A stretch of DNA of 64,000 bases from Chrysemys picta bellii (lineage: Eukaryota): assembly GCF_011386835.1 (NCBI RefSeq), contig NC_088798.1, forward strand, positions 105,090,001 through 105,154,000, read 5' to 3'. The first letter of the stretch is position 1; each line of letters begins with the position of its first letter. This document shows positions 27,357 through 38,990 of the stretch, piece after piece. The position numbers and the translations under genes were made by a program. The notes below the pieces were generated by a model. The model was not told the origin of the DNA and did not search any database. It saw only the letters and a list, made by a program, of their open reading frames with translations.

Positions 27357-27561
27357 CAATGACTTGGAGGAACAGCTGGAGGAGCCAGTAGTGGAACCAG
27401 AACCAGAGCCTGAACCGGAGCCTGAACCGGAGCCAGAACCAGAAGTGCAGGAAGAAAAATCTGAGCCAGTATTGGAGGAAACTGTTCCTGAGGAGACTAT
27501 GGAAAAGAGTCCTTCTCCGGTCCCTGCAGACCCCGCTCCTGTGGTGCAAGAGGACTCCAGG
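27357..27561 (+). CDS. G3BP1: G3BP1 exon 7 (acidic region with (EP)8E tract, through EKSPSPVPADPAPVVQEDSR)
   Basis: caatag acceptor, GTAATG donor, 205 nt; matches ORF 27328..27573. Confidence 0.96.
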
Positions 27562-27972
27562 GTAATGAAATGAGTGACTTTAATCTGTATGTTCATCCTT
27601 TTTCTCCTCTTCATTATGTAGAACACACCATCATCTTTGCTCTGGCAAGATGGGGTAGCTGGATGAGAAGTATCCAAATTCTTTTGCATAAGACTTTTCT
27701 CTCCTGCTCCTGAATTGTCCTTTTCACCTCAAATTGAGCTTATCCACAGAAAAGCGATTGGTCAGTTAGCTGGTTGCTGGTATCTCAATATGACGACACG
27801 TTATCAAGGCCCTCGGTATTTTGTACCTGTTCAGTTTGCTCCAGAAACTGGCTTGAATTTGTCCTTAAATTGAATGCTTATGGTAAGGCTTGGAAGGATT
27901 AGGTTTTTATTGGTGGTTGTTAATCAAAATTTAGGCAAAGTAAGAAAAATACTGCTTGAGAACTTATTAGAC

Positions 27973-28277
27973 CAGGGGTTGGCAACCTTTCAGAAGTGGT
28001 GTGCCGACTCTTCATTTATTCACTCTAATTTAAGGTTTCGCGTGCCAGTAATACATTTTAACCTTTTTAGAAGGTCTCTTTCTATAAGTCTATAATATAG
28101 AACTCAACTATTGTTGTATATAAAGTAAATAAGGTTTTTAAAATGTTTAAGAAGCTTCATATTAAATTAAAATGCAGAGCCCCCGGACCAGTGGCCAGGA
28201 CCCGAGCAGTGTGAGTGCCACTGAAAATCAGCTCGCGTGCCACCTTTGGCACACATGCCATAGGTTGCCTACCCCTC
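27973..28277. mobile_element. hAT (Charlie/Buster-like) MITE
   Basis: Termini CAGGGGTTGGCAACCT / AGGTTGCCTACCCCT(C); TSD TATTAGAC / TATTAGAG (7/8). Confidence 0.88.
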
Positions 28278-28689
28278 TATTAGAGTTTGATTTCAGCATA
28301 ATTACTTTTATATTTTGACCTGTGATATTGACAGTTTGTGTGTTAACGGTTATATGTCTGCTGTCATTAAATAAGCATCTGCCCCATCTAACTTCCCACA
28401 ACTGTGAAAATTTAAAGAGATAGAAAGAAGTCTTAAAATGCATTTTGCACAGTTGTGAAAATTTAATCAATAAGCATCAGTAGCCACTGAATTTTTTCTT
28501 CTTTTAAAGCCAGACTATGCCCAGCCAACTTATGGTTGTGACCGTACCTTTCCAAATACGGTTAGGGTGTAACCCCTGCAGTGAGGAGTCTAACAATAGC
28601 CCCAATTCTGTGCTGCATCCCTGCCTGTTTATGCAATTTATGCAGTGTTCAGGGGTTGGAAACAAATAATCTATGGAAATAAAAGTATA

Positions 28690-28855
28690 CCTATCTCATA
28701 GAGCTGGAAGGTCATAGAGTCCAGTCCCCTGCCTTCACTAGCAGGATCAAGTACTGATTTTTGCCCCAGATCCCTAAGTGGCCCCCTCAAGGATTGAACT
28801 CACAACCCTGGGTTTAACAGGCCAATGCTCAAACCACTGAGCTATCCCTCCTCCC
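28690..28855 (-). mobile_element. tRNA-derived SINE with CR1-like tail (tortoise Pol III/SINE type)
   Basis: Minus strand reads GGGATAGCTCAGTGGTTTGAGCATTGGCCTGTTAAACCCAGGGTTGTGAGTTCAATCC (A box 28844-28834, B box 28801-28791), then GCAGGGGACTGGACT..ATGACC..TCTATG, a CR1-like tail. Confidence 0.88.
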
Positions 28856-29176
28856 TCTGATTCCGCCATTGCAGCAGGGGGCGGGGATCCATGGGTGCCA
28901 CAGGCCTAGTGTAATAGGCCTAGGCTACTGCTGGGAGTGAGACTGTGGCTGGAATACTCTGCACTCTAGCTTTTCTGAGTTGGGATGGTTCATAGGCAGC
29001 TGTGGGGAAACCGCTGAGGGCTGGACCCAGAACTCGGAAGGCTCAAAAGCGGTTTTAAAGCTGTGTCCACCACCTCAGCTGCCACTTCTGAGAGGCACAG
29101 CTCAGGGTCTGGGCCTGCTGCTAGAACTAAAACTTGCAGGCCTTGAGTTACTAAGTAACGCTATTTATTCCTTTAG

Positions 29177-29278
29177 ACATTTTCATGGGCATCTGTAACC
29201 AGCAAGAACCTCCCACCCAGTGGAGCTGTTCCAGTATTGGGAATACCACCTCATGTTGTGAAAGTACCAGCCTCACAA
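29177..29278 (+). CDS. G3BP1: G3BP1 exon 8 ([34 protein letters not shown])
   Basis: ctttag acceptor, GTAGGA donor, 102 nt; conserved SWASV motif. Confidence 0.97.
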
Positions 29279-29890
29279 GTAGGAATTCTGCACTAATCAC
29301 AAATTACTTGGTGACCTGGGGGGAAAATATGCAGTAGAAATTCCCTGCTTATAGCATTCATTTTAGGATTCTTGATGGGGTTTTGGAATTGTTAGGGGTT
29401 TTCTAAATAATCTTTTAAACAAAAATCACATTTGTAACCCTTGTAGCTATGAAGAAAACCTTCATCAGCGTGGACCAAATGTGTTCACTGTGTGTGTTGA
29501 GGGTATCTGCCTTGAAAAACATGAAAAAATCTAGTGAGGGCAGTTCCACAGAGCTTGGGCAAACTTGCCAAGTTAGAGGTACTAAAATCTTTCAGCCATG
29601 ATTAGGCAAGATATGCTTCATCTCCCTTTCTGACATTGTGTAGCCCCAGGGTACATTTTATTGACTGAGCACTACACAGTAAAAACAGAACAGCATTTCA
29701 TTTTGACGTTACAAGTATAACTTGAGCTGAAATGCATTCTGTAGCCACTGATGAAAAGAACTACCAATCTTTTGCAAATTGGAAATTATCTCAGTATAAT
29801 CTAAACTTTGATAGTAAGCTCTGAAAAATGAACCTTGCTACTAGCCTTGCCTGGTTTTACATATCACTTACTGGTTGTTCATTTCTGCAG

Positions 29891-30002
29891 CCCCGTCCTG
29901 AGTCCAAGCCTGAATCCCAGACTCCGTCACAGAGGCCACAGAGGGATCAGAGGGTGAGGGAGCAGCGAACAAGCATCCCACCACAGAGAGGGCCTAGACC
30001 AA
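29891..30002 (+). CDS. G3BP1: G3BP1 exon 9 (PRPESKPESQTPSQRPQRDQRVREQRTSIPPQRGPRP; IDR2/PxxP region)
   Basis: tttctgcag acceptor, GTAAGA donor, 112 nt; frame consistent. Confidence 0.96.
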
Positions 30003-30419
30003 GTAAGAAAAGCTAGAAGAGCATAAGTACTTGACTTTTTTCCCCCTTTCTATCACCTTTTAATTGCCTAAGGAGCCATGAGGCACTCAATATACCATGT
30101 GCCAATTAGAGTTGGTTTTTCAGTTCTTAATGATAGATATTCTAAATCACTCCTGCTACTGTTGCTGTTTTAGCTGATCTGGACCTGAACCTCTGTTTTA
30201 GAAATGAACTTTCACGAATATAAAAAAAGTTTGTAGTATTTAGATTTTGTTTTGTTTGCTCGTCAGTGTGAGTTTCTAATGCATGGCTATTGTGAAAATT
30301 ATTGAAATTCCACTAGAACTTGAGTCTGAATCTTACTGCATGCCAGTTACACTGATGATTAGAACTGTACAGGTATTGTGCATGATGATTGGCTTTAAGC
30401 AAGTGTTTTTTGTTTTAAG

Positions 30420-30545
30420 TTCGTGAAGGTGAGCAGGGTGACATGGAAACTAGACGGATTGTTAGGTACCCAGACAGTCACCAGCTATTTGTTGGGAACC
30501 TTCCTCATGATGTGGATAAAACTGAACTGAAGGACTTCTTCCAAA
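30420..30545 (+). CDS. G3BP1: G3BP1 exon 10 ([42 protein letters not shown]; RRM RNP2)
   Basis: ttttaag acceptor, GTAAGT donor, 126 nt; LFVGNL is RNP2. Confidence 0.97.
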
Positions 30546-30663
30546 GTAAGTTGCTGACTTTGCTGTGTTCACCACAGGGTTTTGGGGCTGCAACCATAAG
30601 CACATGTCTGTTTCTGCAGAACATTCTAATGTGTGACCAAAGAACTTGGCTCTTCTCTTGCAG

Positions 30664-30773
30664 ATTATGGGAACGTTGTGGAACTCCGCATCAACAGCGG
30701 TGGGAAACTCCCTAACTTTGGGTTTGTGGTGTTCGATGATCCTGAACCAGTTCAGAAGATCCTTAGCAATAGG
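30664..30773 (+). CDS. G3BP1: G3BP1 exon 11 ([37 protein letters not shown]; RRM RNP1)
   Basis: ctcttgcag acceptor, GTAAGG donor, 110 nt; NFGFVVF is RNP1; follows a 118-nt intron. Confidence 0.97.
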
Positions 30774-32440
30774 GTAAGGTGGTGGTGTTTGGACCAGTAG
30801 AGATTGGATTCTGCAAAATAATGTATTTGAATTCATTCCTCTGTTAATGGTGGGCAATGTCTGTCTGACCCTTAAGGAGAAGGGACATTCTTCTAGCCAG
30901 CTGATTTTTAGCCCCTCTCTTCTTCCTCTGTCCCCAGTTTACGTCCATAAATGAACCACTCTGAATAAGTGTGTGATTCACGTGTTCATGCTGTTTGGAA
31001 ATTAACACACACAGTTGGCCAAATTTAGTGCTGAAGCAAACTAGTATTTTACGAACCTAAACAGTTAATCGGTAAGCATTAGTCTAACGGGTTAACAAAT
31101 CCTAACTGTTAGCCCCCAGACTCTGCCAGTTGCCTGCTCCAGGAGCAGCCCCTCTCCCTTCAATTGGTTAACCATTTAAATAACATAATTTAAATCATTT
31201 AAACAGTTAACTTTTTGAACGGATATTTACATCCCTAAAGCAAACCAAAAGCAAGATAAGGCTGCCATGGAAAACCGAGCCCAAAGAAAGAAGCGTTGAA
31301 AAAGCGGGGGGAACCATGTTAGTGTTTTCCTTGAAGAAGGAATTTGCACCCTAAACAAGCAGGGTGCAGAGTCACCTGCTCTCAGACTGGCCACAGCCAC
31401 TAAGAATGTAAAGGCTATAGCTAGTGACCCCATGGGGATTGTTGTGTAGGTGGTAGATCTAAACACCTTGCACCCACACACATCTGCGCCCGTACAGCCA
31501 GCAGTTAGAGAGTTGTAGTTCGCAGCAGTCAGGGGCACTTCTCTTTCACCCCCTTGGTGTGACATCACACTTACAGGCTCTTGGAGAGGAATGGCCAGTC
31601 CTTGGCCCTTTTCTGTATTAATTCTGTTTATATCATTTTTGTGCTCTTTTCCTGCAAGTCACAAATCTGCAGGCTCTAAGGAATGTTTGTGTCAGACTTA
31701 AAGTATAATTAACACTGATGCTCTCCTTCTTGGTAATATAAGACCGTAGTGGGGGCTTTGTGTGTATTTAACCCAGGGTTGAACATTTCAAATATTTGTT
31801 TACTTCTAATAATTCAGAACCCTTATTTCATCTGTAATTTAACTTTCGTTATCTGTATTGATTTTTCTCCGGCCGTCGTGCACAGTATGCTGGACACAAG
31901 CATGTTTCCTTTAATTCTAGACCAGTTCTTGCAACAATACTATCTCTGCTACATTGCAAATACTGCATATCAGGACTTAAAGATTACTAGTAAACTATCA
32001 ACCAGAGAGCTAAACCTGCTTGCTAGCAGTTCGTGTGAAAGGGAGGCCCTGCCAGTAAAGTTTAGGGGCAAAGTGACAGAGAGATACTTAAACCCTATTC
32101 CCATACCTGGTTGCTGGGAAGGGTGTTGGTACCCCTCATGCCAGGGCAGCTCCAGGGGAACGGATCATCAAGTGGGAATCTTAGCTGAAAAGCTTTCTGC
32201 TTGTCACTAGCAAGGGGGATTTTCAAGCCCTTCTTTATATGTTGGAGCATCCAGAATAATTCATGGTCTCTAATGAGAGATAATTGATATATGTATGAAG
32301 GAACCCTCACTCTTGAATTTCTTAGCTTTTTGTAGACTTAATTCCTCAGCCTTGTGGCAGTAGCTTATTTAGCTTTTAGTGCTAATAGGGCATATGTTCT
32401 GATTGGCCTCTTCCCTGCTTCAGTGCAATTTGCCAACTCA

Positions 32441-32602
32441 AGGTTTGTCTACACAGTGAGTTACTGTGTCGCAAGCCAGGTGGTGAATCTACAGCACACC
32501 GTGCACTAACTCCCCATGTGTGCACTGCTGCAGCACATTGAAAGGCCCAGAGCGTGGCTTCGTGTACTAGGGTAGTTCTCTTGCTGCCATATAGACACGC
32601 CC
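32441..32602. mobile_element. PIF/Harbinger-type MITE
   Basis: Degenerate TIR AGGTTTGTCTAC / ATAGACACGCCC (8/12); TCA on both sides. Confidence 0.5.
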
Positions 32603-33131
32603 TCAGTAACTCCTCATCACACAATATAAAATGCTGCTTTGCTGAAAATGAAGGATTTCCCCAGAATGCAGGAAGGGTGCAATATGGGCCTCTGAGCTGC
32701 TTCAAAACAGAAGAAAAGTGAACTGGAACTAGCAGTGATCTGAATGACTTTTCATTGCACTAAAGTGTGTCAGTGAAACAAGCTCATCTTCTCCAACGAC
32801 TTGCTAGGAAAGGTGGAGCATGTAAAGTGTTCAACTGCCCGAGAAGTCACTGTTCAAACAATTGGAAGGATGGATCAACTGTCCCTTTCTTTTTCCCCCC
32901 ATAGCCTTCTCCTGCCACCCTAACAAAATGTCTGGCTGAGTACAAAACTGATGTAGTATTTTTTTTAACCTGTAAATAGGTAGCTGCCATTTAACCTTCT
33001 TTCTTGGCTTGCTCCCATTCCTAATATTAATCCCATTGAAGGGAACAGCATAAACTTACCCACGTGAAAGGCTTTGTTGGAGAGTTACAGCTGCATTGTT
33101 AATGCTCGTAAATCTTTTCTTTCTCTTGCAG

Positions 33132-33338
33132 CCCATCATGTTCAGGGGAGAGGTGCGTTTGAACGTGGAGGAGAAGAAAACACGAGCTGCCAGGGAGGGT
33201 GATCGCAGAGACAACAGACCACGTGGACCTGGAGGCACTCGGGGAGGGCTGGGAGGTGGGATTCGAGGGCCTCCACGTGGAGGAATGTCTCAGAAACCAG
33301 GATTTGGAGCTGGAAGGGGCATCGGGCAACGCCAGTGA
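33132..33338 (+). CDS. G3BP1: G3BP1 exon 12 coding part ([16 protein letters not shown]...RGG domain...GRGIGQRQ*)
   Basis: ctcttgcag acceptor; 68 codons plus TGA; RGG repeats. Total spliced CDS 1395 nt = 464 aa. Confidence 0.97.
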   Translation, partial: PIMFRGEVRLNVEEKKTRAAREGDRRDNRPRGPGGTRGGLGGGIRGPPRGGMSQKPGFGAGRGIGQRQ

Positions 33339-33931
33339 ATGCATCAAGGATGTTGGCATGGTGGCACAAACCCTTGTTCCTGCAGATTTGTGAATTTCAG
33401 CCTTGGGTATCTTGGAATGTGGCCCTGGCCTGTTATAGACTGCTACGTTTGATACTGTTTTGGCCCCTTTTTGTTTGTTATGGTTTTGTGTTTTGGTTTT
33501 TTTTTTCCCCCCCCTAGTCCTTGTCCCAGATTCCAGCTTTGTGGAACAATATTTTAGGAAAAGTGGATTTTAAAAAGAAAAGAATGGAAGTTCCTTGCTC
33601 ACTGCAAACTTACGGACTGGATTTTTTTTTTTTGTGTGTGTGTATACCAGTGGGTCTTTCCTAAAGGAATGTGGTGTGTTTTTTTTTTTGTTTGTTTTTG
33701 TTTTTGTTTTTTGCGCTCTATATTGAAATTGGGTGCGTTTCAGTCAGTGGAATAATCTTTCACCTGCATGTGTTCAAGAGCCTGTAGGAAAACCTAGCAC
33801 TTGGCAAGCATTTCAAGGCAGGAGAAACTATTGTTTGTCCCTTGAGGGTCATGTGCACATCCTCTGGTCTGGCCATGTTGCCACTTGAAAAATTGACATT
33901 CATTCTTCTTTCTGTGGCGCTGTAAAAGTGG

Positions 33932-34706
33932 AATAAAGGGTATCCATAGAATCTTTTTTCTTTTGATACATGATCACGAAAAGGAATTCTAACTACTGTT
34001 TTACCACTTACAAATTTTGGATTGTGAGATAGGTTTTAAATGTCTAGAACTTGACTCTTAAAACATTTTTCCTGAACTTGTGAAATTTTTTATTGAAATA
34101 GGGAGGTTTTTTTCATGTTTTAGTTTGTATTTGTATAAAAAAAAAAACAAAATTGTTGTGCCTTCTATTTATCTCTCATTCCAGTCTTGGCAAATTGTTA
34201 AAAAAATAAAAAAAGTCTAGATTTGCTTTATCAAGTGGAGTATGTTGGAATTCTTGTGAAGGGGGAGTTTCCTCTCCATTCCTCCCATCACTACCTTTGT
34301 CTAGGATAATGACAAAAGGTGGTTTGGAAACTGAACCAATCTCTGCTGTGGTAGTAGGTAGAGATGTCTAATATTATAAAGCACGGTGGTGGTTGGCTGA
34401 ATGTTTGCTTTTTCCAGCTGACTGAAAAGTTACGCCATTTTGTAACAACTCCTGTTGTGACTAGGAAACTGTGGTTGTAGATATCTTTTATTGTTGAAAT
34501 GTAAATGTGCTTTTTAGGATCCTGTATACTTACTCTGTTCTTTATTGGGGGGGAAGGGGAGTCGCTTTTGCAGTTTGGGCATCCGTTTAGCAACTCCCCT
34601 CTGGCAGAGGTGAAACTACCTAGATCAGATGTAGCCTCTGACAATTAGGCAATCAGTACACCTCTAGCATATCAATTGCTGGTATATACTCCTGGTATTG
34701 AATAAA
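33932..34706 (+). terminator. G3BP1: Candidate proximal poly(A) signals of G3BP1 (AATAAA at 33932, 34205, 34701)
   Basis: Canonical hexamers in U-rich sequence 0.6-1.4 kb after the stop codon. Which are used cannot be determined from sequence. Confidence 0.55.
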
Positions 34707-37700
34707 TATCTTATTCATTCTCAGATTCCACTAAAATTGAAAATAAAAGACAAGACTGTGTGTACAATCTTTATTACACCAGTCTTAAAGGATTCCGGTG
34801 CACAGCTCGCTATTTTGGTAATAGGTATGGTGTTTAACTTCCATTGTATGGAAAAACATCTGGCAGAAAATGGCAGTCTTGCTTCCAGATTAATATCAGA
34901 AGCCATTGGGGTCAGATTAGAGCGGTGGCTCCATGCACCACCACCTTACGTTGATACGAAGTGACTGGATGGTATATCCTATGCCCCCTGCAGTATCTGC
35001 ATCACAGTGGACATCCTGGAGAGCTTATTAGTAATTGTCTTTCATGTGAACCAGGATTCAGTGTCTAAGTTCTGGGTTTTCTAATGCAGGATCTGTGCAG
35101 ATGTGATGCAATGGCATATCCATATCTCGTGGCCTCTGACACATTCTGCTTTACAAACTAGAACAGAGCTGTCTGTGGCCAGGGGGAGGTCACTATAAAC
35201 CATACCAGAAAAGTTACATGTGAGAGTTGGTGTAGTTTAAACGGTCCACACCTCATTAAAGTCATTGGAAGCTTTTGTCAGAGACTTCAATGTTTGTTTA
35301 AAAACTGGTGTTCAACCCACCTCTCCTCAGACCTTTTACGGACTGACTTGACTTTTTTAACCTGCTCCCAAAAGTATAGAGGCACGTCCTGGCACTTGAG
35401 CAGAGCTAACTGTAATGACTATCCTCGCAGTGTGCCACTTTAGTGCACAGACATACAGGAAATACACAGTTCCCTCTTGTGGTAATAACTGGTAGTGTCT
35501 GTTCTAAATGGTTTTCCCAACTTCAGCTCAGGAAAACATAGTGTCTACCATTGCCAAGGAGTTAAGTGCAAGTCTTTCTCTGAAGTCTTCCCCGCTGGCG
35601 TTGTTTCATTGCTTTTCACAACTACAGCTCCATAATGACGGGTACGTATAATATACTGCAGGGGGGAGGGAGAACGGCCTCTGCATGGGAGAAATCCGAC
35701 TCTAGCAACAGATACTGCCTTTAGATTATCAAAGCTTCAGTAAATAGCACCTATGCCTTGCACATGCCAGAGCTGTGAACACCTCTCCACTCGTTAAAGG
35801 AGTATGTCCTCAAAGGGATTTTGTCATAGTTTTGGGCTCAAAATATAATTTCAGGAGGGCAGTGGAGAAGACTTTCAAGGCCTAAATGGGTTTTGTGTTT
35901 GCTGCCTCTGTTTAGACAGCCAGTCTTCTGTGGTGTGAACCACATCATTGTTATAGTGCCGGAAGAAAGACAGGAGGCAAAACTGACCAGATTTTTTTTC
36001 ATAGTCTAAGGTGAATGAAATGCAAAAATTAAAAAGATGCAAAACCTTAATGTGTTTTGTTATACGAGAAACTACTTTTTAAAAAGTTTACACCAACAGC
36101 ATCTCAAACTATATGACTTCATGATTAGGGCTACAATTTTGACATGGAGGTCATGATGTTCACAGTAACAATCTGAATGAAGTCTGTGATGACCCCACCT
36201 TGCACCCATGGTGGCTTCTGTCCCATGGGTGTGGGCCCGCCTCCTCCCGCTAGGTGTTGCAACCTGGTACACGTTGCAGCATCACCCAGTGTTGGCATGT
36301 CTGCTCCTCTGTTCATCTGTGGCAGAGTGGCCCTGCCAAATCTGAGTGGCACTGTGGCGGCATATGCCTGTTCCCAATGCCTTTCCGGTAAAGAGGAAGT
36401 ACTTGTTCCAAGTGAACAGGCCCCTTTGCTTAGTAAGGCAGCAGCAGGCCTTCGTAAGCCTTGCTCTGAAGGGTTCCTGAGGTTCTGGACTTCTACAAAA
36501 ACGCAGCGGGGTGTTAAACTGAGCCTTCCCCTCTCTAGGTTAGAGGTAACAAGTGCATAGTCACTTTCTCAAGGAGCAGGCTTTCGTGTGGAATTAACAC
36601 TAGTGCCAAAAGTATAAATGTACCTATTTTGCCTTCTACCTACTGATCTAGCCCGTACGCATTTAGCATTGTACTGTCAAGTCTACATTGTAAGGAATGC
36701 AGGGCATGTCCTGAGGCTTCAGTTCTAATCTGTGTATGTAAACGTACCTGAATTAGAGCTTTCTATAAGTATTGGGAGGTGAACGGTAAATTCTATCGAG
36801 GGGGGGGGGGGGGGGGAAGGTTCAGTCAACTCTAAACCCTCTCTTCAGTCAAATGTCTTGGTCTTTGTAATTTCCCCCCCCCCCTCAGCTGAATTAGCAT
36901 GAACGTAATACATTTTATTAAACTAGCAAGCTAAGGTCAGAGCTCAAACTGAAGAGGGATGGAACGGTTGAATGGCTAAAGGGTGTTTCTAGAAATGATT
37001 CTGCTGTTACGAACCTTATAGTCCACAGTTGTGCTAAGGCCCTCCTATAGCATGCAGGCCCTGTTCAGTGGACAAGCATAGCCAAGAGGCTTAACCACCT
37101 CTCGTACGCCAAGATGTTTTTGTTGGTCCCTTGAGTGATAAGATGGATTTCAGTGCATGAACCGCTGTCCCTGATACTCTTACAGATGTTGGCTGTGCAA
37201 CCTCTGCTTGTAGAAGGTGCAGTGCCTTGAATGAACAGAGTGATTGTCCTGAAGAGCGGCTGCTGGCGCTATAAAATAGCATGTGTCTGGCGAACATTTG
37301 TCTTGGCCCAGAAAAAGGGACTACCTGTGTCTGCACCTTGTAGTGTGAGCCCCAAGAGAGTAAACAGGCAGCAGTCTCTGATGTGCTTCTTGCTGCCAGT
37401 GTTCATTTGGGGGGATGCAACTGCAGCATTGAACTGGAGAGAAATAGCTGATCTCTTACCTCCTCCCCTTCATGGAAGAATTTCTCTGCAAGGATGGCTA
37501 GTCATGGAGAAGTTCCAGTATCCATGCGTTCATTTCCTCCCCGTGTCTCAAACTGAGCCCGAGATTTTCAAGGTAAAGACATGGTATTTTGTAGCTGCAG
37601 ATAGCTCTCCCTGCATGCTGCTGCCCATGGCTGAGAATACCAGCAATTTGCCTGATCACTTCCTGCTAAAGCATTTACCGCTTGTGCCTGTCCTTGTTTC

Positions 37701-38949
37701 TCTTTCCAGCAATACCTTTCTCAGCCTGCCTGGTAACGGAAAAACTACCGCCCCAGGCCTTCTGGGAAACTTTATTTCAATGTTCTCTGGTTAAGGCTGG
37801 CTACATAATAATTGGATTTAATAGTGAACTTCTTGACATGCCTAATCAGAAATACGTTTTACTAAATGGCATACTTCAGTGTTTCTTTAATGTAAACAGG
37901 CCTTAAAACGGGGGGGCATGAGGCTGAAAATGGCCTGCATTGGGGAAGTATAAAAAGCTGCCCATGGCCCTCTTTTTCACAGGGATTTCCAGTCTTGGCT
38001 TAAGCACTGTACCATGAGCTGCCTGGCTAATGGAAATTCAATACTTAGTTGCCTTATCAAGCATTAAAGGGAAAATATTGTGTCCCTCCTCTCTTGTTTC
38101 TCTCCCAGGCTTCGGTTTTGAGGAAATTGCTTGAATAAGGTCTTTTAAAAAAGCCTTGGGCACTGCAGGGATCACTTCATTCAACAATGAAATACAGTGC
38201 TGTGTACAAGCAACATAATGCAACAGTTCTCAGAAAGGTAGTTTAAAGAGTTGGTGGCGTATAGTGCCCATGCATAAACATAGTTCCCTAGAACAAGTAG
38301 GTAACATACTGCAGGGCCAGGAACCATACTTCAACTCGCATGAGAACTTGGGAAGTAGAGCAGTACAAAGAAATACCATTGTTCCTAGGAAATCACCTCT
38401 AACATGCTGTTTTTAGGCTCCAACTTATTCTAAAGGCAAGAAAAAATGTGCCCAACCTGCCATCTGGACACCAGTTGATGCTGGTTGGGGAAAGCAAAGC
38501 CATTTTGACACTTAGTACGTGGGTACAGGGCACACTCACCTGTGTTTAACAGAGTAAAAAGTTACTCCTTTTAGTCGGTGACCTAATAACAGACCTGGGC
38601 CTATATCCTGCTTGAGTCAGTCTGTCGTGTAAAAGAGATCAGGCTATATTCCTGAACTGCTACTGCCCTGCTAATGTCCAAAGCAGCAAAAAAGGTTTGG
38701 GGATCTGGATAGATGAAAAACTATCGGTACTGCAAGGGTAAACCCTAGCATTGTGAGGAACTGCAGTGTAGATGAGGGCTCAGAGGGCAGCAGTAATGAG
38801 AAGATTCTTCTCTCTCCCCCCCCACACAGCAAAATTAGAGTACACAATACAATGATCCTACTTAAATGTCCATGAAATACTAAAGGAGAGCAGCACTTCT
38901 CAGCCATTAGCACTGGCTTTAAAATGACCTCTCCGGTACTAAAAATCCA

Positions 38950-38990
38950 CCGAAAGCAAATTTCAGAAAACTTTTATTTTGTTTTTTAAT
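38950..38990 (-). terminator. Minus-strand poly(A) site (ATTAAA 38990-38985, AATAAA 38978-38973, downstream U/GU-rich tract)
   Basis: Minus strand reads ...CCAATTAAAAAACAAAATAAAAGTTTTCTGAAATTTGCTTTCGGTGGATTTTT. Two TGTATATA elements lie upstream. The parent gene is inferred to be GLRA1. Confidence 0.55.

Noticed and set aside
27187-27689. Antisense ORFs with (GS)n or (FRLR)n repeats
   Set aside because: Shadow frames of the G3BP1 exon 7 (EP)n repeat.
29748-29824. Possible intronic C/D snoRNA (CTGATGA...CTGA, ending 66 nt before the exon 9 acceptor)
   Set aside because: Box C lacks the purine, there is no convincing terminal stem or C'/D' pair, and I recognise no rRNA or snRNA guide. Only the position is suggestive; snoscan or Infernal would settle it.
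30443-30715. ORF reading through the 118-nt intron 10 (intron-retention isoform)
   Set aside because: A stop-free stretch of ~39 codons is not rare. Retention shifts the frame to a stop 58 nt before the last junction, a borderline NMD target, and there is no evidence of use.
36146-36200. ATGATG...CTGA motif resembling a C/D RNA
   Set aside because: The boxes are only ~25 nt apart and the site is not intronic.
37231-37794. 187-aa plus-strand ORF downstream of G3BP1
   Set aside because: No domain, no exon structure and an atypical composition; it lies in presumptive UTR or intergenic DNA.
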